A stretch of 61,799 nt of DNA, filler included, from Diploschistes diacapsis (GCA_023645945.1; 6 parts of 6 records of this genome joined end to end with filler, not necessarily neighbours in it), one strand, 5' to 3'. Shown: positions 24,801 through 37,114, numbered from the whole stretch's first letter. Numbers and translations: made by a program. The notes: generated from the sequence alone by a model not told the origin.

Positions 24801-27800
24801 TCAAACCAGCTTTGCACTGCGGTCCATCTTCCTGCTTTGCGGTGTTCGAGAATTTGTTGATCAATCGTAATGAGGTGCATGTGGGCTGATATTCCCTCGA
24901 TTCCATCAGGCTCATCGATCTGGGAATATATGTCCTGGAGTCTTTGGTAGAGTATTTCCATTTCTTCACTACTAGTCGTACGCACTCTTTGCTCTCGAAT
25001 ATACTCCTCCCAGTGGAAGAGTGCACGTGAAAAGCTCTTACAGTCAATAGCTCGCTTCGAGAGGGTCTTTGCAGGTATGCGGCCAAGGAAATGTTCGACA
25101 TTGAAGAGTTTCTTTAGTTCAACGTTCAAAGCATCCTCCGATAGCTCCTTACCCTTCGAGGCTAGGCTTTTGAATTTTGCGATTTCTTTCTTCTTCTCTT
25201 GTACCCATCTTGAAAGATAATCGAGGGCTCGAAACACATTCTTTAGCAGTTCTTAGCAGAGCTCTCCCGTAACATCAGCGGAATACTTACATGGCTGCAG
25301 AGTATTAGGTTTTCCCTTTGTAGCTGATTCGCTTCATGCAAAGGCGTCGATAAGATGCCAAGGAACTCTGCCGCTACGTTATCAACCTGTTTCGCGGAAC
25401 CGTCCAAGACAATGTTTAAGGTAATAAAGGGAAGGATAAAGGTGGCCACAGAGATGTCTTGTCGCCGCACAATTCGCCTACAAATGGAGAACACCATTGA
25501 CGCATTTTTGCCATGTCCTTTGCCCAACAAATCGAAAACAAACTGTCGGATCCACGTCGAGTGACTCATTTCCAGAGCGTAGATCGGGTAGTGGACCTGT
25601 GGAACAGTAGCCAAAGGCTCCAAGACGTACTTGGACATCAGGAACGGTGTCAGCGTGTTCCTGATGGTTTCGGGTACCACCATCCAGCGTCGGTACAATT
25701 CGTCAGGTTGAAGGTCTTTTCGTAGGGTATTGGAGGCATCAAAGCCGCAGTTCCTCAGAAGCTCCTGAATAGCATAAGCGAACAGACCTTGGGATCGGGT
25801 ATCGGTAGTTGACAGAAAGGATTTCACAAGCACTTCCTGCAGGAAAAAAACAACAAAGTCAATGGTCTCTTCTGGATTTGTGAAGTCGGAGAGTACAAGG
25901 ATGTCTTGACTTTCCTTCGGCAGCTCAATCTTTGTGGGATCGAGGCAACCGATCATGCCTAGGCATCTGGCTGCGTTGGGAGCAACTTCAGTCTTGACCT
26001 GAGAGAACTTCAAACACACTTGAAGAAGCGAATGAACCAATGCAGCGATAACCGGATCGGGCTGCTCGCTAATGGCAGAGCCGTGTAAGAAAGATTGATG
26101 TTCTTCAAGGTATCGGTGCAGTTCCGTCAAAGCTCTTGCGACCACGGTGACGTTTTCGCTTTGGCATCGCTTTACGAATGCTTGGAATTGATGTTTCGGG
26201 TCCATCTGAGCCTTGAGTCTACCCAACTCCGTCTCGAACTTCTTCAACAATGGGATATTCCCTAATGAAGGAATAGTAGTCACCATGTCCCTCACCATGG
26301 TTGAATGAGTCTTCAGTAAAGAACTGATCATATCGTGTGCGTTTTGTTGAACTTCAGCGTCAAAGGATTCCCAATGCTCCGCGACTATAGCAAAAGTCGG
26401 ATCTATCAGGCTTTCTATGTCTTCCTCGTCCAAATTCTTCACTAAAGTCATCCATGCGCTGAACGCTTCATTGCAAAAGGTACCCTGTTCTATCGTCGAC
26501 CTTAAGCAGGAAGTAATCTAGCCAGATTAGCATATTTTCCATCGGAACTATTATTTGAAGGAAGATACCTGTGGTAAGGCATTACACAGGTGACTGCCGC
26601 CAATGACAGCCATTTCCTGTATCGCGCCAATGCAGCGTCTACGCTCCCAGTCGGCCTGCGCCCCCTTTGTCTGACTGATGATTTCGGAGAGTAACTGGAC
26701 AATGCCCAAAGCGCTCTCTTCGAAGAAGATGGCCACTGCACTATACTTCTTACTGCTTTTACGCTGAATCCTATCGGCCAGGACGTTGATTCCAAGACGC
26801 GCGCGATCCTTGGTATGCTCATCCGACTCCCCTGCCGCCTTGAGCAGTCCCGCAGCGATTTGTGTAGGGTCTGACTTGAGGATCTCATGCAAATCGATGT
26901 TTCCGAAACCCGGAGAAATTTCCGACAGAAGAGTGACGATCATCTTCTCTGGCTCGGGCGAGGGCTGAAGCAGCAAGCGAGTCAATATAGCGGCAAGCTG
27001 CTCCTTTTCTGAGCAGATGGAAACAATATTGTGTTCCGGACCATTTGCAGCTGCTATCCGCTGCAAAATTTCCTTTCTTTTCGTCAAAACTAAGAAAGGG
27101 ATCGTGAAGAACTGGGTCATCCTGAGGAAATCTTGGACACCAACGCCGAGCAAATCGCATATCAGCTGACAAACCTGGGGACGTGTCTGAAGATCTTTGA
27201 CGATCGCAACCGCGAGAGTACGCCAGTACGGCTCGAGAATGCGTAGGGCAGTGCTACCACTATGTGAGAACAGTTTCTGTAACTAGAAATATACGTTCAG
27301 TTTCTGAGGCTTTGACGGAACATGAAAGAATTCGAACCTCTTCGTACGCAAGGTTGCTAATGAAGGGATTGCTATGGCCAAGATATTCGATCAACCGCAG
27401 AAGAATAAGATTAGTCTCATCCTCGGCTTTGATACACCTATTCTATCTCAGTAATTGTCCCTACTGATGAATTATTGGCTTACCTAGCAAAGCGACCTAG
27501 TGCCAGTACGCATGTTTCCTCTAGTAAGACGTCGCCTCTTTCCGAAAGACTTCGTAATGCATCCAAGGCCTGCTTCCGATTATTTCTAAGTATCTTGGCT
27601 GGTATGCGCTCGACGAGCAAATGTGATGCGGGTCGCCTTGACACCATTAGCCTATGTTGAATTTAAAGGCTCCTAATCGAACAGACATTGCGGCAATCCT
27701 CAAGTCACGTATAGAGCTCTTCAAGGATTGAAGCGTCCATTGTGCTGTTGGAGAGATCTTCAAATCCAGCTGCTCGATACATTGTGTATGTCTGAACAGT

Positions 27801-29704
27801 CTATCCAGGGCAAGCATCGCCGCAACACGGGGTCGCGGAGACTTTTGTTCCTGACAGAGTTTGACCAAGGACGAAAGGGTTTCGTGTAGCTCTTTGGAAG
27901 TATCCTCTTTCAGCAATAAGACTTCATCAGAGGTTTCTCGTGTGTCACACGCTGGGCAAGAGGACTGTGAAGAAGCTCCAGCACTGGCGCAAACCTCTTT
28001 TCCTACTAGATCGATCAATAAACACTGAACCGGTTGCGATAATGATGGAAATTTCTCGCTATGTGCCCAATTAGTATATAAGCATTAGCTGCAGGTCTCG
28101 AGACGCACACGAGGCTCATGAGTAAGTCGGAATGATCATTGACAGTAGCTTGCAGAACGAGCATCATCTGGTTGTGGATATCGCCACGAGGAAGCACAAT
28201 GGATGGTTCTTCCTCTGAGAAAGAGGGTCGGACTCGTTTGTTTGGTCGCGAAGACTCGAAGCTGCCCCGACAGGAGGCAGCCTCCAGAGCAGCTTCGAAC
28301 GCTTGGCGTAACTCAAGGTCATCGAAATCGAGCAGCTCCGGAGGGGCCGAGCCGCCGCTGGCGAGGACGGTTGAGGTAGTCAGCACAAGAGCTCGCTAAT
28401 CAAAGTATGAGTGATGGCAAAAAGTTTAATGAGGGGATATACCTGAAAATCTCTTGAATGAGTCGCGAGTTTATTCGAGTCTCCGATGCATTCCAGAATC
28501 AATGAATCCAAATGTTGATGGAAAGCTCTCCATACCAATGCATTCTGGATACCAATAGATATGATAGCATGAAGAGACCAACATATTGACGACTGCATAG
28601 TCTCCGATAGAATTAGGCCATTTGGACGAAAAGATGAATGCAGCAAATCAGCCGTGAGACTGCAAAGAACGTCGGCTGCGTTTAAGATTACTGTTGACTC
28701 TGAACGAGGGCCAAAGAGACATTGGAGGCATTGCCGCAATACATTCGCCAAATCGATGTTGATCAACTCGAGTAGCTCTATTGGGATAAGAGACAGTCTT
28801 GTACCCAGTACATTCATCATACGTTGAGTAGCGGTGACAGCCCAGCGTTGCAGAGGCAAGAGCCTATGGTTCATACGCGAGCTGCTCCATGATACCAGCG
28901 TAGAAATTCCTTGCACAAAAACGGCAAAGCAACGTTGTAGACTCTCCTGCTGGACCCTCGCAGTGACCTGAGGAGGTACCATTGTAGAGGCAAAGGTGCC
29001 CTTGATGGTAGATTCGCTTGGAATCTGCGTGACCGCGATTGATCCATTACGACAGGCAGACACAGTTTCCAGATGACAGAGCAAATCTACGCCTTGTCAT
29101 TCATATCAGTGAGTGGAGACAGGCCTTCAAGTCTACCTTCAATGCATCCTTGGACAAAACGGGGAATCTGTAAGGGGCCGCTCTGCCTCAGGGAAGACCT
29201 TTTTTTCACATTGAGTATCGTCTTCAAAACTCTTTGTGCGCCACTTCGGACTTCCACTCCAACCTCGTGATAGAGAAGATTGAGTAGATGGGGTATCAGC
29301 CATAGGAATAATGGTCCCTCTGGCCTTGCATAGGTATCTTCACCATCGGGCAGCTCCCATAGGACTTCGGGGACTCTTTTGATCGTGACGCGAATAACAG
29401 CAAGGCTGTCTCGAGCCTGTTCAAAGACATCTCGCTGGCTTTCAAAAGGATTTAAAGAAGCCGGAAATGAAAGACAGGCTCTTACAATGACACAGATAAG
29501 CTTGTGGTTTACCTCTAGACTGCTATCAAAGGCACCTTCGGCAAATGTGTCCCTTTTATCAGCCTCGAGAACTCTATGTAGCAGTTCCTGGAGATGAGAA
29601 CGTGAGCCACTTGAATGTGGTCTGGACCTGGCATTTTCGATATTGTCCACTATCTGGGCCGCATAGGTTGAGGGCGGTGGAGCCTGCTCTATCCGGCCCA
29701 CCAT
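21895..29704 (-). CDS. MEC1: ATR/Mec1/Rad3/UvsB PIKK checkpoint kinase, many exons; start approximate
   Basis: KPKDDLRKDQRL, LGLGDRHGENIL, HVDFNCLF, FATC ending MYIGWCPFF; upstream FAT (RALFHWE, IDEPDGIEG) and HEAT/UME regions; N-terminal APPPSTYAAQIV. Confidence 0.95.
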
Positions 29705-29949
29705 TACGCTAGACGCCGTTGCGCAAGGCACGCTGTGGGAAGCTGAAGATACTCGAGTGAGCGGACATGGGACATGGAGGCACAAGAGAAGTGTAGCTTA
29801 GATGACGGTTTCGTATATTCGTATATTCGGAATTTGAACTTTTCATCGCTCGAAGTGAGAGAGATCAGCGCCGCTTTAGAACCAACTTGGCGCCTTCCTT
29901 TGCTTTTCATCGCCATACAAGGCTAATTCCAGGCAAGTCTTATTCTGCC

Positions 29950-30875
29950 TACTGTATACATTAATTACATGATAAGTACCATGGTTCTTAAGATACTTTT
30001 TTAGTTATACTAATTTGTATGTAGTTATAAGTATTTATGGAACTAGCTCTCTCTCCAACCATATTTATTTACTTAACGATCGATTATATGTTTTTTTTCT
30101 TATTTTTAATCTTAATATTCTAATTTTTTTTTAGATACGATAGAGTTTTTATTATCTGCTCGCCCTACTCGTTTTACGCGTTCTATCGTCTTTCCTACCG
30201 TCGCGGCGGCCACGGTCACGTTCGATATGATCGTCGATAACGATGAACTAAATCTTAAAAACTTTATACTTTACGACGCCCTTTCCGCCGTTCTGGGTCG
30301 TAATGTTATTCTTTTGCCCGTTTCGACGTCTACTGCCTTACCGTCCTTTAGCTCGCCTGTTTTCGCCGTTCTCGTCGAGCCTACGCGGGTTTAGACATCC
30401 TTGCCGCCGCTGTTTGTTGCGGGGAAGCTTTATAGCTTCCCCGCGGACCTTCCGGCGTAGAAAACGCGTTTTTTTGCCGTCGCGGATATTTTTCGGATGA
30501 TCGTGGCGGATTTTAACGCGTTTTAATTTTACGTGGATAATTTTTAAACGTTTAATCGAACGTCTGAAAATATTACGTGGTATTATTACCGTTATTAACG
30601 AAACGGCGATAGCGATACGATATTCGCTACGCGTAATATCGATATAAGAAAAAGGAAAATAACGCGCGATCTATTTTTTACGATTAAGAAATCGTGGCGG
30701 AAAGAACGCTTTTAAAAAATCGAAATATTTTTATAAATAACTTTTTACGCGTTACGAGTAAGTTTTATGGCCATTTATTATTACGACCGGACGCGGAAAT
30801 AAAGAAAGAACGGAAAGAGAATATAAGAAACGAAGAAAAAACACGGTATAAAAAAAATTATAAAAAGTTTAAGAA
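29950..30875. mobile_element. AT-rich RIP-like degenerate repeat relic, family not identifiable
   Basis: Abrupt AT rise; CpA/TpG scarce, TpA abundant, CpG retained; runs into the contig end. Confidence 0.7.
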
Positions 30876-30975
30876 NNNNNNNNNNNNNNNNNNNNNNNNN
30901 NNNNNNNNNNNNNNNNNNNTTAATTAATTAANNNNNNNNNNNNNNNNNNNNNNNNNNNNNNNNNNNNNNNNNNNN
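30876..30975. other. Artificial contig spacer
   Basis: N44-TTAATTAATTAA-N44. Confidence 0.98.
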
Positions 30976-30977
30976 CT

Positions 30978-31598
30978 TCCCTCCCTACCATACTCAGCCT
31001 CAAAGCCTTCACCGCCCTCTTCCCCACCACCCACCGCTCAAGCCCAGCAATCCCGCACCTCTACCGCTCCCTGCAGCACCGGCGCGCCCTGGACCTCGAT
31101 CTCGTGCGCCAGAACATCGCCGCCGAGGTCCAGCGCGGCGAAGCACAGCTCCGAGAACTCGTGCGGAGCCGGGCCCGGGATACGGAGGCCGCGAGGGGAG
31201 AAGGTGCTGGAGGGGGCGTGGAGGATATCGAGTTGGGCCTTGGCCTTGGTCTTGCGGATGCCGAGGGGGGAAACGGGACTGGTACGGCGGGGCATGCAAG
31301 AGAGGAGGCGCCAAGGGCGCACACGGCGGCGAGTATTGTACCGGCTTTGGAAGCGGCGGTCAGGGATCTGGAGGCTGAGGTTAGGGGGTTGGAGGAGGAA
31401 AGGGCGGAGGTGGAGAGGGAGATGGACGGGATTGTGGGGGGCTTGAGCGATTTGAGGTATGGGAAGGCGAGGGAGGGGGAGGCGGAGGAGACGGTGGAGA
31501 TGCTGCAGGAGCTGGAGAAGGAGTTGGATCGGTTGGAGGAAAGGGAGGGGAAAGGAGGGTTCGCGGGAGGTCGAGGTCCGGGTATGGGGATTGATTGA
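30978..31598 (+). CDS. Kinetochore protein of the Cnl2/Nkp2 family, 5'-truncated
   Basis: SLPTILSLKAFTALFP...IPHLYRSLQ...VRQNIAAEV; C-terminal coiled coil with IVGGLSDLRYG. Confidence 0.85.
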   Translation, partial: SLPTILSLKAFTALFPTTHRSSPAIPHLYRSLQHRRALDLDLVRQNIAAEVQRGEAQLRELVRSRARDTEAARGEGAGGGVEDIELGLGLGLADAEGGNGTGTAGHAREEAPRAHTAASIVPALEAAVRDLEAEVRGLEEERAEVEREMDGIVGGLSDLRYGKAREGEAEETVEMLQELEKELDRLEEREGKGGFAGGRGPGMGID

Positions 31599-31994
31599 GG
31601 AGGTGTGGGTTTCTGTTACGAGCTTGGGGTTTTGGATAGGAACTGCGTGAAGCCTTGTGTTTTGTAGTGAGATCCCGGAAGGGTTATTTTCGGGCCCAAA
31701 TACCTACGGGCATGAAATTGAGTCCCAATGGTAGCCAAAGCTTGTATTGACAGAGAAAAAGAAAGTAATCTTACCTCTGCTAGCGATCCGAATCAGCTCA
31801 GATCAACACGAAAATGACAACTGCTATATGTACACTGAAGAATTATGCTACTGCATTTCCCTTGGTAATACAGCACACGGGGTATCACAACCTATGACCT
31901 TGGAAACGCCTTCGCTCGCAAGTCTGTCCAACCTGAGTCTAAAGACTCCCTGTTACGCCAATGATTATTTCCCCTCTTCTTCATAAGTCATTAA

Positions 31995-34900
31995 TCAGGC
32001 TGCGAATCTAATGCTCTTGGCCTTGGGTGCGCTTTCGTCTTCCTCATCGGCCGTCTTGCGTTCCTTCGAGGCACCTGGTACCCCAGTCGTTCCTCCTCTT
32101 TCGTCTCCCGAGGTGGAGCTGGGGGAAAGGATCCCAGTGAAGCCGGATACGCCTGCGGTATCCGGTGAGTCCATGGTGTTCACCAGAAATTGCTTCCACT
32201 TGTTTGCGACGGCTTCGGCTTCGGCGAGGACAGCACGTGGGTCATATAATTGACTACTGGGAGGAATCGGCTTTCCGGGTGAGGTGTGGGCTTGTGTGCC
32301 GTTTGAATTGGCCATGCCTGTGGGCGGTTCATGCAAGCGTGAGATCTTCGAGGCCCGAACCTCATCGACCTCGTCGACCTCGTCTGCGAACGTGGCCTTG
32401 CGCTTTTGAGAAGCTGGTTTCGCGATTGGGGTGCTCAGTTCGTTTCTGAATGGTTTACAAGTCGGCTCAACATGTGACTCTAGTCTTGGCGACTTTGGTG
32501 GGTAAGACTCTTCTAGCTCATCCAAAAACGCAGCTTTCCTCTTCTTCAGATTGGTTTTGTCCGTGGGAGCGCTACCCTCGTTCGTAGCTTCTGATTCTCT
32601 TGGAGCAGTTGCTCTCCCTGGACCGCGGCCTATGAACTCACGCCCAAAGACTTGCTGTGGTACCTTCAAGGGCGCCATTTGAGGCACCACCTGATGTACA
32701 TGTTCGTAGCAGACATTTTGAAACTCAGCCGCCTTAATAATGTCATTCATGGTGAGATCATCCAATGGGCTTTTGGACGCCTTCTGGTGTTCTGAGGTTG
32801 TCATTGCCTTCCGTCTTTCGAGCATCTTGGCTTCCATGGTGCCCGTGAGGACTAACGTCTCGGCGAACACAGGTCTGGTCTGTCCGATTCTGTGAGCCCG
32901 TTTGATAGCCTGTGCCTCGGTACTTGGGTTCCACACCGGGTTGATGAAGAATACTCGTGAAGCGCTAGCTACATGGAGGCCATGTGCGGCTTGCTTCAGG
33001 TCCATTAGTAGCACACGGGTATGCTGACCCTTATTGAACTTTTCCAAGTATCGAGCCTTCATTTCAACCTTGATCCCAGTCGCATAAATTGCGTGCGGGA
33101 TTTGCAGCACCTCAAGAGCTTGCCCGACATAGTAGGCGACATGATCTGCGTCGTAGAAAATCAAGATCTTCTCATGCTCGTGCAGCTCTAAAACTCGGTC
33201 TAAGAGGTAAGATAGCTTTGCGCAAGAGGTAGCGATTAACTTCACTTTGGAGACTTTATCGTATGCTTCGGGCAGCGGGCGATCGCAGCGACTTTGTGAC
33301 TTGATAGCCGACTTTAGACCTGGTTCTGCACTCTCAACATCTTCATTGGATTCACTCGTATCGGGAGTCATGGCGCGAGTTCTACTACGCGCTTTGTGCA
33401 TGTTGAATTCTCGAGGTGTAAGCTTCTGAGAAGCCTCAAGCGATGAATTCATGATGACCTTACGAGCTGCTGAAACAGCGCCTTGTCCCTTTTTGGGAGA
33501 CGTTGCTGTTATTGACGAGGGGGATGTTTGGGATACTGGCACGGAACCTGAATCCCACGTCGCCGGTCTATCTCGACGGGCCAAAACTTTAAATGGGTCT
33601 GAAGCGAAGATGTTGCCATCCACGTCGGTCTGAGCATCGATCAGTTGAGTAAGGCCGATCAATGCAGGTTCATCGTCTTCGGTTGAATAAAGACCCCATC
33701 TAGTTTCATACTTTATGGGGAAATTCTCAACGAGTAAACCAAGCTCTTTGGACTCGGAATGGGCTTTCCAACCCATAGTATCAAGGGCCATTTCACCCGC
33801 TGCTACGGCTGTCTTAAGCATCTTCTCATCTTCTGCGGAAAGATAGTTCCCATGCTTATCCAAATATTCCTGGCCAATTCGAACAGATTCCGAAACTTCA
33901 TCGCAAGACCAACCAGGATAGTGGAATCCGGCCTGTCTCAAGTTCTTGATTAGTTTTTCAAGTTGGGATTTATTCTTGGTGTGGAACATGTAGTCTTCGT
34001 CTGCACGCTCGGAAGTTATAGCATTCGAGACTATTATGAGGGTGAATAAATTAAGTGTAATCTTGTCGGAGTAGCATGGTTGGAGATAGACTATCTTGTT
34101 GTTCAAGGGAGGCAGCTCGAGATCCTTCTCGATCTCGTTGATCTGATGACGGACAACGAGGCTTTCTAAAACGCATCGTAGGTTGCCAGCCTTGCGCATG
34201 CCTGTAGCATCCGGTACGAGATAGCTTTGCCATGATGCCGAGTCTTCTTGCGACCTAGAGTTCGCCCAGGGTTGTAGGCCAAGAAAATTGGTAACCGCAT
34301 GGCCCAGAGCAGCGAGATCCTTGCCTTCTAGTTCAGCCGACGGTCGCATCCTCCGCTTCTCGAGAATATCCTGCTGTTGCTCCGTACTTGATTTACCCTC
34401 TCCATCAGCGGCGTATTCCGTAGCCATATCGATCTCGAGCCCTAAGAGACCCTTTGATGGTGTACCGCTGATTATCCATTTTCGTTCAACGTGGATAGAC
34501 CTAAGACCGGCTGTGGCCCTGTTGCTAGTGGCAGAAGCGAAATTGTGACCTTCGTCAACAATGAAGCGCAAGAAGTGGATGTCCAATAGAGAAGAACGAT
34601 ACTCATGAATTGGACATGCCCGTTTTCGTCCAGAACAGCAGCAGCTATGTAGACTGGTGAAGCCGCGCGCGCCTGATTTACCGAGCTTGCCTATAAGATT
34701 GTTCTTCCTAGGCGCTATCTCATCCTCAAATCGTGTCTTGCTCATCAATATAACATCCAGCTTCAGTAGCTCCTCCGCAGTGGGGAGAGAATGGGCATCG
34801 TCCAAAAAGACCACCATAGAAAGAGCGTCCTTTTCGAGGTGGGTTGCAACTTCTTGTTGCCAATGGTTCATCAAGTTAGTTGGAACTACAATAAGCGTAT

Positions 34901-36068
34901 TAGAAGAGAGAAAGATTTTCTTTTCTTCAGTTTGCCTGTAACTTATTCGTCGAGCTCGTGGCGGGTCAGGAATAGAATACCAGCTTGGGGTTTCTTGAAT
35001 GAATCTTCGACATGTCTCCGGAAACTCTCCTTGCTTAGCTAGGTCATTGAAGTAAGGTTTCCAAGGAACTGCGTGCTGGTAGATAGCTCTACGAACCATC
35101 TCCTTGAGAGATGCTGCACCGGTATTGCTGTCATCAGAACGACGTGGCCTGAGTTCTGTTTGGTACTCCAGAGGGACTTGAGGTAAATGGCCCTTTGTCG
35201 CAATTACGACGGCGAGAGATATGAGTGTTTTACCGTGACCCATAGTTTCTGCTAAGATGCCTCCCCTCGTTTCTTCATAGGAGCGCTTCTCGCTGAGAAT
35301 CTGGCCTGCGATTCTATCGAAATAAAACTGTCGTCCAGTGGGGCCACAAAGTACTTCAAGTCGCGAGTCCAGTCGAAGAGCTGGTTGCGCTTCCCTTTGA
35401 ATCATCATGGCGGCCGAACGCCTCTGGTAGTCGTACAGTCGTGTCTTGAGTCCGAGATAGTCTCTCGAGTCCTCAAGGATGTCTCCCATGGCTAGAGAGG
35501 CATGGCTGTTTGTAACTGTAAGGGGATCCGGCTGAGGTGACTGCAAGGTATTGAACATGTAGAAGAGAGAGTCCTGCTCGCTACAAATAGGTTCGTACCC
35601 ATGCGGGTTAAGCTGTAAAGTATCTAAGCCGTCCCAGCTCTCGGCGCTGCTTACTATCGCAGCCATGATGACCTTTAGCGACGAACGGACTTTCTTGTCT
35701 TCTCTAGGAACTACGCCGCGTCCGATATCATCGGGTAAAAGGTAGACTCTCATCGCGGCCATCGTACAGCCAATGATCTGCAAGACAAAGATGCGGATCC
35801 AGCCATTGAGATACAAGGTATCTAGGTGTCTGCCAAGCTCATGGCGCTCTGGAAGATAAGAGGACGGGTTGCTTCCAATTTCTTGAACCTGCGCAGCGGG
35901 TGCACTTGCGGTGTTGGGTTCATATCTAATAGTGCCCAATGGAAGGTACTTCTCAAGGGCAAGAGGTCCAAACTTGGGCCTAGCGTTCTTCTTGACCTTG
36001 ACCTTGACCTTGGAGCTGGTTGGGCCTACAGCGCCGGGGGAAGATGCGGCTGATGCGGCTGTCGTCAT
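31995..36068 (-). CDS. SNF2-family ATPase (Rad5/Rad16-like group), single exon
   Basis: LYDYQ, GGILAETMGHGKT, TLIVVP, IVDEGH, ISGTP, HGLHV, WNPSTEAQAIKRAHRIGQ; ATG 36068 (AAAAATG) preferred. Confidence 0.9.
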   Translation of the reverse strand: MTTAASAASSPGAVGPTSSKVKVKVKKNARPKFGPLALEKYLPLGTIRYEPNTASAPAAQVQEIGSNPSSYLPERHELGRHLDTLYLNGWIRIFVLQIIGCTMAAMRVYLLPDDIGRGVVPREDKKVRSSLKVIMAAIVSSAESWDGLDTLQLNPHGYEPICSEQDSLFYMFNTLQSPQPDPLTVTNSHASLAMGDILEDSRDYLGLKTRLYDYQRRSAAMMIQREAQPALRLDSRLEVLCGPTGRQFYFDRIAGQILSEKRSYEETRGGILAETMGHGKTLISLAVVIATKGHLPQVPLEYQTELRPRRSDDSNTGAASLKEMVRRAIYQHAVPWKPYFNDLAKQGEFPETCRRFIQETPSWYSIPDPPRARRISYRQTEEKKIFLSSNTLIVVPTNLMNHWQQEVATHLEKDALSMVVFLDDAHSLPTAEELLKLDVILMSKTRFEDEIAPRKNNLIGKLGKSGARGFTSLHSCCCSGRKRACPIHEYRSSLLDIHFLRFIVDEGHNFASATSNRATAGLRSIHVERKWIISGTPSKGLLGLEIDMATEYAADGEGKSSTEQQQDILEKRRMRPSAELEGKDLAALGHAVTNFLGLQPWANSRSQEDSASWQSYLVPDATGMRKAGNLRCVLESLVVRHQINEIEKDLELPPLNNKIVYLQPCYSDKITLNLFTLIIVSNAITSERADEDYMFHTKNKSQLEKLIKNLRQAGFHYPGWSCDEVSESVRIGQEYLDKHGNYLSAEDEKMLKTAVAAGEMALDTMGWKAHSESKELGLLVENFPIKYETRWGLYSTEDDEPALIGLTQLIDAQTDVDGNIFASDPFKVLARRDRPATWDSGSVPVSQTSPSSITATSPKKGQGAVSAARKVIMNSSLEASQKLTPREFNMHKARSRTRAMTPDTSESNEDVESAEPGLKSAIKSQSRCDRPLPEAYDKVSKVKLIATSCAKLSYLLDRVLELHEHEKILIFYDADHVAYYVGQALEVLQIPHAIYATGIKVEMKARYLEKFNKGQHTRVLLMDLKQAAHGLHVASASRVFFINPVWNPSTEAQAIKRAHRIGQTRPVFAETLVLTGTMEAKMLERRKAMTTSEHQKASKSPLDDLTMNDIIKAAEFQNVCYEHVHQVVPQMAPLKVPQQVFGREFIGRGPGRATAPRESEATNEGSAPTDKTNLKKRKAAFLDELEESYPPKSPRLESHVEPTCKPFRNELSTPIAKPASQKRKATFADEVDEVDEVRASKISRLHEPPTGMANSNGTQAHTSPGKPIPPSSQLYDPRAVLAEAEAVANKWKQFLVNTMDSPDTAGVSGFTGILSPSSTSGDERGGTTGVPGASKERKTADEEDESAPKAKSIRFAA

Positions 36069-37104
36069 TTTTTGATGCAGATGCCAATAACTGGTTTGAT
36101 GGAGCAGGAGAAGAACCGGAATGTGTGTGCAAGGCAAATTTGAGAAGCTCCAGTCACGGAATGAAGAACCAAGTTGGAATATCGCATGGCTTCAAAGATG
36201 ATCAAGAATTCTCATAATCGAAAAAGCATCAACAAATTAGACTATCGATATCGTGGAATCCCCTGCCACCCGTCGAAATTGTTAGCAATTACAGCAAAAG
36301 CATCCAAAGTGATGGAACAAGACAGAGAGGTAGTAGTTACACAGAAGGCAGCAAGATGAGCCGCCAGAGTCAGGAAGCAAACATATCCCGTAGGGCTGTA
36401 GGATTGCTATGGAAATGAGTTTAGTCCAACTTTTAGCGTATAAACAGCACGGAGGTGCTGCGCCTCCACTCGGTGCCAACAGCCACTACTGGTTCAGCAA
36501 ACAGTTTCCTCGACCTTCTTCATCAACCAATTCAGCAGCGTCTCTCTTATATTCGACTCAAGCTCTAGCATAGATTGATTGAGCAGCTCCTAACTACCTA
36601 GATGGAGCAATCTCATCGTAATTGTTCCTGATATTGAATACCCATTATCGACACCTAAGCCGATCCGAGACTTTGCTAGCGAGTGTGAAAAACTACCTAA
36701 AGGCAGCTAGTAAAAAGAACACACCATCCTACCATATAAGGAAAGTCGCCTTCCCATAACTTCTGGCATGAAGGGAACAGAGTCAAGGAGCCATCTAGAT
36801 AACTGCCCTTGCTATCACCAACCGCATTTTGCTAGAAGCACAGCGCTAAGAGAATAGAAACTAAAGGAAACAAGGAGGTTTTCAACCATTGCTCGGCAAA
36901 CCTGAAGCAGAGGAATCTACTCAAGGCTCGCCAAGGCTCTCAGGGTGATGAGGCCTCTTCTAGTCTGTCAATCGTGACATATCTCTTTTGGGAGTGCGAA
37001 CCTATACTCACTGGTTAATGCAGCGGCCATCTCCTTTGATTGTATGAATAGAGGATCGAAGAGTGTAATGAGATAAGATCAATTTTGGAAGGAGAACGAA
37101 GCAG

Positions 37105-37112
37105 AAAAAAAA
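37105..37112 (-). terminator. Pol III oligo-dT terminator
   Basis: T8 on the minus strand, 2 nt after the tRNA-like gene's discriminator base. Confidence 0.75.
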
Positions 37113-37114
37113 GA

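Noticed and set aside
21895..36068. Apparent DNA-repair/kinetochore cluster (ATR, Cnl2, SNF2)
   Set aside because: Spans an artificial spacer; ATR is on a different contig
36200..37100. Possible degraded coding sequence between the SNF2 gene and the tRNA-like gene
   Set aside because: Frames examined are stop-ridden and no family is recognisable
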